From positions 44,896 to 108,895 of the forward strand of contig JAWBVE010000001.1 of the NCBI GenBank assembly GCA_038840695.1: a stretch of DNA of 64,000 nt. The letters are read 5' to 3'. The position numbers were made by a program, and so were the translations under genes. Position 1 is the first letter of the stretch. The number at the start of each line of letters is the position of its first letter. This stretch comes from Candidatus Pacearchaeota archaeon. Its GTDB lineage: Archaea > Nanobdellota > Nanobdellia > Pacearchaeales > JAPDKA01. The notes under the pieces are model-generated. The model saw nothing but the letters and a program-made list of their open reading frames with translations, had not been told where the DNA came from and made no database searches. Positions 17,853-25,605 of the stretch are shown piece by piece.

Positions 17853-18329
17853 TTATCTATAACTTTTTTGTCTTTTTGCTCTTGCCTTACTATCTCGTGG
17901 CTTTCTCATCTCTTTTCTTCTCACATCAGCATCAACAAGACTTCGAGAATAACTTAAGAATGCTTTTTCTAGCTCTTTGCTTTTTGTGAATGCAACGAGA
18001 GCTCTTGCAATAGCAAGTCTCGCGGCTTCTGTCTGGCCCTGAATACCCCCACCTTTGACATTTACAGCTATGTCAACTCCTTTCAATTCAGGGCCAATCA
18101 CTGATTGTGCTATTCTTAGTGGCTCTTCTATTTGTAGCCTTCTATAGATATCAAAAATTTCAAGAGGAATGTTATTTATCTTGATTATGCCCTCTCCAGG
18201 CTTAATAGTGGCTCTTGCTATAGCACATTTTCTCTTTCCACTTACAACTAAAACTTCCTTAGCTTTTGACTTCTCCACTTCCTTGCTTTTTGTTTCTTTT
18301 TTTTCTTTCTTTTCTCTCCCTACTTGCAT
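17853..18329 (-). CDS. rps9: 30S ribosomal protein S9 (uS9)
   Basis: GKRKCAIARATIKPG...GGGIQGQTEAARLAIARAL...KARAKRQKSYR. Carries a K/E-rich N-terminal extension. Confidence 0.95.
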   Translation of the reverse strand: MQVGREKKEKKETKSKEVEKSKAKEVLVVSGKRKCAIARATIKPGEGIIKINNIPLEIFDIYRRLQIEEPLRIAQSVIGPELKGVDIAVNVKGGGIQGQTEAARLAIARALVAFTKSKELEKAFLSYSRSLVDADVRRKEMRKPRDSKARAKRQKSYR

Positions 18330-18799
18330 TTTCCTCCTCTTAGCAAGTTTTCAAGCTCACCCAAAGTTATAAAATTTAAGAATTGTTTTTTTAAAGTTTT
18401 TTCATAGTCACTTGGACTTGTTAAACTTGGCATGCCTTCAAGCTCTTTAGGAAAACCTTTATAGCAGTGAACTCTTTTAAAGGCTTCTTTACCTCTTGCC
18501 TTTTTCCATGGCAACATTCCTCGTATAATCCTTCTCAGGAGCTTATCAGCAGTGGAAGGCCAATAAGGACCTTTTTGCCAACCCCTACCTTTCCTTCTCA
18601 GTGTTAAGTACTTATTTAATATATTTTCCTTTTTTCCAGAGATGATAGCTTTCTCGCAATTCACAACAGCTATTTTTTTCCCGAGCAATGCTTGTTTGGC
18701 AACAAAGGCTGCAAGTCTTCCAACAACACAGCCTTCTGCATCAAAAACAAGCCATTCATTTTCTTTTGTGTTTTTGTTCATGCCTTTCATTTTTATCAT
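18320..18799 (-). CDS. rpl13: 50S ribosomal protein L13 (uL13)
   Basis: VFDAEGCVVGRLAAFVAKQALLGKKIAVVNCEKAIISG is a typical uL13 N-terminal core. Overlaps the rps9 start. Confidence 0.95.
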   Translation of the reverse strand: MIKMKGMNKNTKENEWLVFDAEGCVVGRLAAFVAKQALLGKKIAVVNCEKAIISGKKENILNKYLTLRRKGRGWQKGPYWPSTADKLLRRIIRGMLPWKKARGKEAFKRVHCYKGFPKELEGMPSLTSPSDYEKTLKKQFLNFITLGELENLLRGGKCK

Positions 18800-18847
18800 T
18801 TCATTTTAACATTTTATCATTTCATTTTTATCATTTCATTTTTGAAT

Positions 18848-19234
18848 TTAATAAACTAACTTTATGCCTTCTCCACTTTTATTTTTTTCATATACCTGCT
18901 CTATACTTAAAAGCTCAGAGCCATTTTGAGCGAGCTGAGACTTTGCAGAGTTACTTATTTTATAACAAGCAAGCCTAATCGGCTTTTCGAGAACTCCAAA
19001 GCCAAGCACTTTGCCAGGCACCAAAAAAATTTTTTCACCTTCAGCTTCTTCTTTTAAAGCCTGATTTAGCTTTTTTATATTTACTTCTATGGCCTTGCTC
19101 CTCGGTCTTGCAAGTAGTCTAGCCACGTTTACCCAAAATTCACTCTTAGAGCTTTTAAGTTTATAAATCAGTTTTCTAAGCAACAAATCAGTCTTCTTAC
19201 TTGCTCGCTTTGCTATTTTTGTTTTGCTTATCAT
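18848..19234 (-). CDS. rpl18e: 50S ribosomal protein L18e (eL18)
   Basis: 128 aa. WVNVARLLARPRSKAIEVNIKKLN...LVPGKVLGFG. Sits in the conserved position after rpoD. Confidence 0.9.
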   Translation of the reverse strand: MISKTKIAKRASKKTDLLLRKLIYKLKSSKSEFWVNVARLLARPRSKAIEVNIKKLNQALKEEAEGEKIFLVPGKVLGFGVLEKPIRLACYKISNSAKSQLAQNGSELLSIEQVYEKNKSGEGIKLVY

Positions 19235-19285
19235 TTTATGCTTTACTGATTTGAGCTTTGCTATTTTTAAATCTTATTGTAGGGA

Positions 19286-19369
19286 TGCGGGGGAGAGGAT
19301 TCGAACCTCTGAAGGCACTAAGCCATACGGTCCTTAGCCGTACCCGTTTGTCCACTCCGGCACCCCCGC
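19286..19369 (-). tRNA. Class II tRNA-Leu, anticodon read as AAG, no encoded CCA
   Basis: Manual cloverleaf fold:
- Acceptor stem GCGGGGG/CCCCCGC with discriminator A.
- D-loop with GG.
- Anticodon stem TACGG/CCGTA and loop C-T-A-A-G-G-A (U33, G37).
- 15-nt variable arm with a GGC/GCC stem.
- T-arm AGAGG-TTCGAAT-CCTCT. Confidence 0.85.
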
Positions 19370-19436
19370 GCCTAATGCAAAACTAACTTATTAAGAAAAA
19401 TAAATATAAAAATCTTACACACTTACTCAGCTAAGC

Positions 19437-20216
19437 CTATTTTATTTTAGCCAATTCAGCAAGATTGGCGTCGAGAGCTTCTATGGCCTTTATAAAAATA
19501 TCTTTTGGTTTGAGATAGCTAAAGCTCTCTATATCAAAAACAAAATCACTCTCACTTAACTCAAGCTCAATTTTTGTTTCAGGCCACTTATCTTTAATAT
19601 AGTCAAGAATTTCATATTGCTTTTCATCGAGCTCTTCGCCTTTTTCCAAACTTATTTTAAATTTTTTTAGCATTTCTTTAACTTCAGGATTTTCAAATGC
19701 TTTTGCCTTGGCATCAAAGCTTTTCAAGAGGGCTAGAGGATAATAAGTAAAGAGTCCTGCCTGATACTTAGCATGCTCGAGAGCTTTTCCTAGCTTTATG
19801 CTTGCTACTAGCTTTATTTCTTGTCCACTTTCAAGCCAAACAACAGGCATCTCAGGAAAAAGAGGCTTTGCTTCTCCCTTAATGCTTGATGCATAAATCA
19901 TACAGCCTTCTTTTTTCCCTTCAACTTCAAGCTTTACTTTTAATGTGCACTTACTACATCCTTTACCCTTGCAACTACACTTCTCTCTTTCATTTATCTC
20001 TCGATTAGGCACGAATGGAATCAAGCAAAGTCTATTAGCTAAGATTTCATCATAAAGCACAGAGCTATTCTCAGTGATCTCAAGCTCATCAATGGCCGGC
20101 ATTGGTATTTCAAAGCTGCTTCTTCTTATAGCATTGGCTATCGTATAATTTATCCCTCTTACTATAAACCTAATTTTCTCTTCATTGCTTTCCAGGATTT
20201 CTACTTTAATAGCCAT
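19437..20216 (-). CDS. rpoD: DNA-directed RNA polymerase subunit D (Rpo3)
   Basis: 259 aa. FIVRGINYTIANAIRR near the N-terminus, Cys cluster CSCKGKGCSKC, and position between rps11 and rpl18e. Confidence 0.9.
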   Translation of the reverse strand: MAIKVEILESNEEKIRFIVRGINYTIANAIRRSSFEIPMPAIDELEITENSSVLYDEILANRLCLIPFVPNREINEREKCSCKGKGCSKCTLKVKLEVEGKKEGCMIYASSIKGEAKPLFPEMPVVWLESGQEIKLVASIKLGKALEHAKYQAGLFTYYPLALLKSFDAKAKAFENPEVKEMLKKFKISLEKGEELDEKQYEILDYIKDKWPETKIELELSESDFVFDIESFSYLKPKDIFIKAIEALDANLAELAKIK

Positions 20217-20385
20217 TTTTAATTTTGTTTTTAACTTTGTTTTTAGTTTTGTTTTTTGATTGTTGATTTGATTTGTTATTTTTTAGATTTGCTTTTTAAA
20301 TTTTTTGTTTTTTATTTTGCTTAACAATTAATTTTTTCGCTTTATTTTTTCTATGTTCTTTTCTTTTTATGCTTTTACTTTTTTT

Positions 20386-20781
20386 TTACACTCTCCTTCC
20401 TCTTCTTCCGCCAGGAGGTTTGGGTCCTCCTCTTGGATATCTTGTAACATCAATAACACTTAAAATTTTGAGTCCTTCCTTTGCGAGTGACTTGACAGCA
20501 CTTCTTGCGCCAGGGCCAGGCGTTGGATTTATTTTTCCTCCTCGGCCTCTGATCCTAATATAGAGTGCATTAATGCCGAATTCTTTTGCTTTTTCTGCAG
20601 CTCTTTTTGCAACAAACAAAGCCACAGTAGGATTTGCCTTTAGCCTATCATGCTTTGTGACCATACCTCCCGAAACCCTGCTTAAAGTATAACCACTAAG
20701 ATCTGTAATATGAACTATCGTGTTGTTGTTTGTGCTGTAAATGTAAGCTATTCCCGGGATTTCTTTTTCTTTCTCAGCCAT
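20386..20781 (-). CDS. rps11: 30S ribosomal protein S11 (uS11)
   Basis: GIAYIYSTNNNTIVHITDLSG...ALYIRIRGRGG...GPGARSAVKSLAKEGLKI. Confidence 0.95.
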   Translation of the reverse strand: MAEKEKEIPGIAYIYSTNNNTIVHITDLSGYTLSRVSGGMVTKHDRLKANPTVALFVAKRAAEKAKEFGINALYIRIRGRGGKINPTPGPGARSAVKSLAKEGLKILSVIDVTRYPRGGPKPPGGRRGRRV

Positions 20782-20808
20782 CTTTCATCATTATCAAGCT
20801 TGATTTAT

Positions 20809-21459
20809 TTAGCTTATTTTGCTTATTTGATTTATTTCATTTTCTTTCTCAATAATTTCTTTCTCAATAACTATCTTGCCTTCTCCTCCTTCTCTTCCCT
20901 GACTTTCTCCACTTTCCAAGCCACGTAAGCCTCCACTTGGGCCACTGCTTTCTTCTAAGCCTACAAGACTTTCAGGGCTTTCGCTTTCACTACTCTTAGC
21001 GCTTTCGGCTTTCAGCCTACAAGTTATTTTATCCTCCTCATCCAGCTTAACTAAGTAACTAGGAACTGTTATCCTTTTTTCACCTAGATAAATATGCCCA
21101 TGTGCAATCAGCTGCCTTGCATGCTTAATTGTATTTGCAAGACCACGCTTATAGACTATTGTTTGTAATCTTCTATTCAGGATTGCCCTTCTATCGAGAG
21201 TAAGAGCATCATCTATTGTTGCATTAAAAGGCAAAAATCCTCTAGCTGCAAGCCTAGCAATAAAAGCTTGCTGTTGTTCTGGAGAAGCTTTAATAAGACC
21301 TTTTGCAATTTTCCTTATTTTTTTTATTAAATAATCTGCTTTCCATATTTCATGCATATTTTTTAATCCATATTCCTTCTTTATTTCTTTCTCCTCTAAA
21401 AGCCTTGCCTTACTCCAGAGCTTTTTCGGCGTAACAAACTTTTTTTTGAATCTCCTCAT
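20809..21459 (-). CDS. rps4: 30S ribosomal protein S4 (uS4) with acidic/Gly-Ser-rich C-terminal extension
   Basis: LDRRAILNRRLQTIVYKRGLANTIKHARQLIAHGHIYLGEKRITVPSYLV (S4 domain). About 55 extra low-complexity C-terminal residues. Confidence 0.9.
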   Translation of the reverse strand: MRRFKKKFVTPKKLWSKARLLEEKEIKKEYGLKNMHEIWKADYLIKKIRKIAKGLIKASPEQQQAFIARLAARGFLPFNATIDDALTLDRRAILNRRLQTIVYKRGLANTIKHARQLIAHGHIYLGEKRITVPSYLVKLDEEDKITCRLKAESAKSSESESPESLVGLEESSGPSGGLRGLESGESQGREGGEGKIVIEKEIIEKENEINQISKIS

Positions 21460-21470
21460 TTTTCTTAATT

Positions 21471-21944
21471 TTATCTTTTCTTTGATTTGGCTTTTTCAAC
21501 TCCAACAGCAGCGCCAGTCCTGAAATGGCTCTTTGTGCGTTGGCCTCTGACAGGCAAGCCCATCGAATGCCTTATCCCTTTGTATGATTTAATTTTTTTC
21601 ATTCTTCTTATGTCAAATTCCTTAGCCAAATCGAGCTTAGTTGTAAATAAGTGCAAGTTTTCACCACTAACTCTGTCTTTTTGTCTATTTAAAAGCCACG
21701 GCGGAAAATTTTTTATCACATCCGGCAATGAATTAATTTTCTTTATCTCATCCTCACTCAATTGACTTAATCTTTTTGTTTTATCAATATTAAAATAATT
21801 GCATACTGCATTAGCCAAACTAAAACCTATCCCTTTTATCCTCGTCAATCCAGCTATTACAGGTTTTTCTGCAGGTATATCAGTATCTAAAAGCCTCACA
21901 AATCCTTCAGTACTTTCCTTTTTCTTTTCTCTTTCCTTTACCAT
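21471..21944 (-). CDS. rps13: 30S ribosomal protein S13 (uS13)
   Basis: IAGLTRIKGIGFSLANAVC...YKGIRHSMGLPVRGQRTKSHFR. Confidence 0.95.
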   Translation of the reverse strand: MVKEREKKKESTEGFVRLLDTDIPAEKPVIAGLTRIKGIGFSLANAVCNYFNIDKTKRLSQLSEDEIKKINSLPDVIKNFPPWLLNRQKDRVSGENLHLFTTKLDLAKEFDIRRMKKIKSYKGIRHSMGLPVRGQRTKSHFRTGAAVGVEKAKSKKR

Positions 21945-22012
21945 TTTCTTAAATATTCGAGAAATTTAAAAATGTTGTGCTTGCGAGCAAGAAACAATTG
22001 ATTCACAAAAAA

Positions 22013-22570
22013 CTACTTCACAAAAAATTTGTATTTCTCCTTTTGAGTGCATTCTTGAATTATCTTTTTTTCTACAGCTTTGAATGGATCTGGAATGTTT
22101 TTTACTCTTGCCTTTATATCTTCTACGCTTTCAAAAGGTTTTTCTTCTCTAGCCTTTAATATTTGCTCTGTATGCTTTTTTCCAAAGCCAGGAAGCATTT
22201 CAATCATATGGACTCGTTTATTTATGGCTTGAGCCTCATTAAAAAATTTTACAATAATCTCAGGCTTTTCTTTTAAAATTTTGTGCACTACCTCTTGTAA
22301 ATTTATTTTAGCCGTTTCTGTAAGCTTTTCAGGATTAGCACGGCCTTTTATAAAATAAATTTTATCGCGCTGCCCTTCTCCGATATAAACTTTTTCTTGA
22401 AGCTCTATTTTTACACCTTTCCTAGGAACAAGCTCAAGTAAGGAAAAATGTTCTGTGCCAAGAGCTATTATAATTGGCATTCTTTCTCGACTTAATGCAT
22501 AGCCATAAGGCAAATAATCTAGTACTATTGCCCATTCTTCCTTTGCCATTTTTTCCATTTTTTTCTCCAT
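22013..22570 (-). CDS. DUF655 family predicted RNA/nucleic-acid-binding protein (HhH)
   Basis: AIVLDYLPYG...FSLLELVPRKG...FFNEAQAINKRVHMIEMLPGFGKKHTEQILKAREEKPFESVEDIKARV matches the DUF655/COG1491 pattern. Sits in the conserved position after rpoF. Confidence 0.8.
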   Translation of the reverse strand: MEKKMEKMAKEEWAIVLDYLPYGYALSRERMPIIIALGTEHFSLLELVPRKGVKIELQEKVYIGEGQRDKIYFIKGRANPEKLTETAKINLQEVVHKILKEKPEIIVKFFNEAQAINKRVHMIEMLPGFGKKHTEQILKAREEKPFESVEDIKARVKNIPDPFKAVEKKIIQECTQKEKYKFFVK

Positions 22571-22584
22571 TTTTTCTTTTGCTT

Positions 22585-22986
22585 TTATTTTTTATATTTT
22601 GCAACAATCTCGAGTATTTTTTGCATCTCATTTTGGTCAGGACTTATGCTACCAACAAAAATTTTTCTTAGCTCATCTGCATCTCTTGGCACTATATCAA
22701 CTATCTTTACAATGTGTTCATCGTCAAGTTTGGCAAGCTGTAGAGCCTTTAACTCTTCTCTCAGCTTTTTTGCCTCATCAAAATTTAGCTTAGCAAATTT
22801 ACTTGCATATTCTAAAGTTTGCTCTGCTCTTCTATTTTCTTCTACAGCTTCTTCAGCCTCTTCGACTTTTTCAGCTTTTTCTTCTTTAGCCTTTTTCTCC
22901 TTTCCTTCCTTTCCCCCCTTCCCTCGCTTCTTAAGTAACTCTTTAATCTCAGCTAAGCTAAGTGGATATTTTTGTGTTATTTTCAT
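22585..22986 (-). CDS. rpoF: DNA-directed RNA polymerase subunit F (Rpo4)
   Basis: 133 aa. LSLAEIKELLKKR...LEYASKFAKLNFDEAKKLREELKAL...IVKIVDIVPRDADELRKIF. Located in the rpl21e-rpoF-DUF655 synteny. Confidence 0.8.
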   Translation of the reverse strand: MKITQKYPLSLAEIKELLKKRGKGGKEGKEKKAKEEKAEKVEEAEEAVEENRRAEQTLEYASKFAKLNFDEAKKLREELKALQLAKLDDEHIVKIVDIVPRDADELRKIFVGSISPDQNEMQKILEIVAKYKK

Positions 22987-23089
22987 TTTAAACTTTTTCC
23001 TTTTCTTTTTGTTCTTATTTATTTCTTATTTTTATTTCTTATTTTTTTACCTTTTATAAGAAGTAATCTTTATTTTTAAATTTTATTTT

Positions 23090-23356
23090 TTATTCGAGCT
23101 TTTTTAAATGTATGGGGTGGGTTATAATTTTTTTAATTTTGCTGCCTTTTTTAACATTTACAATATAAAATTTTCCTTGTTTTCCAGCAATAATCCCTGT
23201 AAGCCCTCTATAAGCTTTTGGATAATTTAGAGCTAGGCTTGGCGGTGCATTTAAGCAAGGTGTTAAACAAACCCTATCGCCTTCCGAAAGTTCCTTAAAA
23301 TACTCACTCAGCCTAAGTTTTCCCCTTTGCCTTAGCCTTAAACTGAGCCTTTTCAT
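23090..23356 (-). CDS. rpl21e: 50S ribosomal protein L21e (eL21)
   Basis: 88 aa. GDRVCL...YRGLTGIIAGKQGKFYIVNVKKGSKIKKIITHPIHLKKL is a typical SH3-like L21e. Confidence 0.85.
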   Translation of the reverse strand: MKRLSLRLRQRGKLRLSEYFKELSEGDRVCLTPCLNAPPSLALNYPKAYRGLTGIIAGKQGKFYIVNVKKGSKIKKIITHPIHLKKLE

Positions 23357-23366
23357 TTTTCAATTT

Positions 23367-23813
23367 TCAAATTTTTTCCTTTTTAAGCTCTTTAATATCA
23401 ACACCAAGCTCAGCCTTGCTCACACTTTTTCTATCATATTCTCTATCTTTATATTCTCTTGTTATTTCTCTTAACATTCCTTCAAAACATTCGCTTAGTG
23501 CATGAAATATATTTTTGTGCTCGCTTCTCGCACTAAAACGCTTGCCTCCAGAGAAAATTTCAGCCTCAATCTCATGGAAAAAAAGTTTGCTTCGCTCATG
23601 AATTTTGAGCTTGACTTTTACTTCATCATATTCATGCAATATATTCTCTATTTTTTGCACATAATGACCAGCTATTTTCTTTACTATACTTAATTCAGAA
23701 GGGTCAAGGTTATTAAAACCTATAAGCCTTATAGCTTTTTCTTTTCCAAGCAAAATTTCATACCGGCTTTCTATGTCTTTTTCTTGGGCTTTTTTTTCTT
23801 CTTTTTCTGCCAT
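23367..23813 (-). CDS. HPF/RaiA (S30AE)-like ribosome-associated protein candidate
   Basis: 148 aa. A beta-alpha-beta-beta-beta-alpha pattern can be threaded onto RaiA/HPF: IRLIGFNNLDPSELSIVKKIAGHYVQKIENI / VKVKLKIHE / HEIEAEIFSGGKRFSARSEHKNIFHALSECFEGMLREITREYK. Compare the ...[27 protein letters not shown] part of E. coli RaiA as I recall it. Confidence 0.4.
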   Translation of the reverse strand: MAEKEEKKAQEKDIESRYEILLGKEKAIRLIGFNNLDPSELSIVKKIAGHYVQKIENILHEYDEVKVKLKIHERSKLFFHEIEAEIFSGGKRFSARSEHKNIFHALSECFEGMLREITREYKDREYDRKSVSKAELGVDIKELKKEKI

Positions 23814-23885
23814 TCCCCAATATGCTTTACTCCTTTAAAACTTTTTCTTTTCAAAACTTTTTAAATTAAAGTGGCTTTGTTTTTT

Positions 23886-25097
23886 ATGCAAGTTATTGCT
23901 GATTTACATATTCATTCAAGATTTTCTCGAGCTACAAGCAAAGATATTAGCATAGAGAATTTGGAAAGATGGGCAAGGCTTAAGGGCATAGGCTTGCTTG
24001 GCACAGGTGATTTTAGCCATCCTGAATGGCTTAACGAGCTAAAAAATAAGCTTACTGAAAATGAAGGAATTTTAAAGACAGAGAGTGGCTTTCCATTTGT
24101 TTTAAGTAATGAAATTTCATTAATTTATAGTAAGGAAAATAAGGGAAGGCGAGTTCATCTCATTATCCTTGCTCCGAGCTTTGAAATTGTTGATCAAATT
24201 AATGCTTATCTAGAAAGTAAAGGCAGACTTGATTATGATGGAAGGCCAACTTTTAATCTTTCTTGTGTTGAGCTTACTGAAAACTTGATGTCAATTAGCA
24301 AAGCTATAGAAATAATTCCAGCCCATGTCTGGACTCCTTGGTTTTCTGTTTTTGGTTCGATGTCTGGCTTTGATAGCATGGAAGAAGCTTTTGAAGATAA
24401 AGTAAAATACATTCATGCATTCGAAACAGGCATGTCTTCTGATCCAGCAATGAACTGGCGTTTAAGTAAGCTTGACAAATATTCCATCCTTTCATTTTCT
24501 GATTCACACAGTTACTGGCCCTGGCGGCTTGGCAGAGAGGCAACTGTCTTTGAGCTTAAAGAAAACTTTAGCTATAATGACTTAATTGATGCAATAAGAA
24601 ATAAAAAAATTGCATTTACAATTGAGACCTCTCCAAGTTATGGCAAGTACCACTATGATGGCCATAGGCTTTGCAATTTTTCATGTTCACCAGAAGAAGC
24701 AAGAAAGCTAGGCAATACTTGTCCAATTTGCAAGAAACAGCTAACAATCGGAGTAATGCATAGAGTTGAGGAACTTGCTGATAGGCCGGCAGGCTTTAGG
24801 CCAAGCCATGCAAGACCTTTCAAAACTCTTTTGCCCTTACACGAGATTATTGCAAATGTGCTTGGCTTACAGCTATTTAGCAAAAAAGTTCAGCGAGAAT
24901 ATGAGGCATTGATAAAGAACTTTGGAAATGAGTTTAATATTTTGCTTAATGTTGAGCCAGGCAAGCTTGCGAAAGCCACAAATAAAGCGATTGTTGAAGC
25001 TATAATTAAAAATCGCGAAGGAAAAATAAAAGTTGTTCCTGGCTATGATGGTGTTTATGGAAAAATAATCCTTGAAACCCAACAAAAACTTTTTTAG
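23886..25097 (+). CDS. Endonuclease Q (PHP-domain, deaminated-base endonuclease)
   Basis: ADLHIHSRFSRATS...GLLGTGDFSHPEW at the N-terminus (PHP metal site). Zn finger CPICKKQLTIGVMHRVEELADRP. About 400 aa, as in Thermococcales EndoQ. The track start GTG 23871 is possible; I prefer ATG 23886. Confidence 0.8.
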   Translation: MQVIADLHIHSRFSRATSKDISIENLERWARLKGIGLLGTGDFSHPEWLNELKNKLTENEGILKTESGFPFVLSNEISLIYSKENKGRRVHLIILAPSFEIVDQINAYLESKGRLDYDGRPTFNLSCVELTENLMSISKAIEIIPAHVWTPWFSVFGSMSGFDSMEEAFEDKVKYIHAFETGMSSDPAMNWRLSKLDKYSILSFSDSHSYWPWRLGREATVFELKENFSYNDLIDAIRNKKIAFTIETSPSYGKYHYDGHRLCNFSCSPEEARKLGNTCPICKKQLTIGVMHRVEELADRPAGFRPSHARPFKTLLPLHEIIANVLGLQLFSKKVQREYEALIKNFGNEFNILLNVEPGKLAKATNKAIVEAIIKNREGKIKVVPGYDGVYGKIILETQQKLF

Positions 25098-25131
25098 AAA
25101 AAACTTTTTTAGAAAAAAACAGAGAGAAGTT
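25098..25131. terminator. Bidirectional oligo-T termination zone between convergent genes
   Basis: T6 run on the + strand at 25105-25110, just after the EndoQ stop. T7 run on the - strand (A7 at 25113-25119) just after the pilin-like gene stop. Tandem AAAAACTTTTTTAGA x2. Archaeal terminators are oligo-T tracts. Confidence 0.35.
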
Positions 25132-25605
25132 TTAAGGCAAGTTTTGTGTTATTAAAGCTTCACTACAAATGATCTTTTTTCCTTTCTCGTCAGTTCTATA
25201 AGGCAAAATTTTAATTTGAGTTATGCTAGGGCATCTAAACTCATAAAGGATTTCATTGCTAGGAGAAAGTTGAGTTAAGAGAGCTAAAGTTGTTTGGTTG
25301 CAAATACCACTCGCATTAAAGCCCACAATGTTTATTCCGCTTATATTGAAAAGGCCAATATTTTTTAAAGTAAAATTAATTCCATCGCTATTTTTAGTAT
25401 AATTTTCAAGCCAGACAGAAACTCCTTCAGGGCATCTTATTTCTTGAGGCATTCTTGTTTTGTATTGCAGAAATGTATAAACAAGCCCGCCTAGGCTAAC
25501 AGATAGCAAAATGAGTAGCACATAACTTACAATCAAACTCACTCCTCTTTTATCTCCTTTGTCCTTTTTTTCTTTTTTCTTATTGCCTTGAAATAAAAGT
25601 TTCAT
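25132..25605 (-). CDS. Archaeal type IV pilin-like protein (class III signal peptide)
   Basis: A K-rich leader ends in KRG, followed by VSLIVSYVLLILLSVSLGGLVY. This is the [KR]G|x prepilin peptidase motif plus a hydrophobic helix. Confidence 0.6.
   Translation of the reverse strand: MKLLFQGNKKKEKKDKGDKRGVSLIVSYVLLILLSVSLGGLVYTFLQYKTRMPQEIRCPEGVSVWLENYTKNSDGINFTLKNIGLFNISGINIVGFNASGICNQTTLALLTQLSPSNEILYEFRCPSITQIKILPYRTDEKGKKIICSEALITQNLP

Noticed and set aside
20809-20990. About 55-aa acidic Gly/Ser/Glu-rich C-terminal extension of ribosomal protein S4, and K/E-rich N-terminal extension of S9.
   Set aside because: These are real in the ORFs but low-complexity. They could be lineage-specific tails, or in S4 an artefact of a missed stop or frameshift. 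They cannot be evaluated without homologues.
22646-23059. 137-aa plus-strand ORF, and neighbouring plus-strand ORFs at 22474-22793.
   Set aside because: They are antisense to the well-supported rpoF/DUF655 genes and are low-complexity Ser/Phe/Leu sequence.
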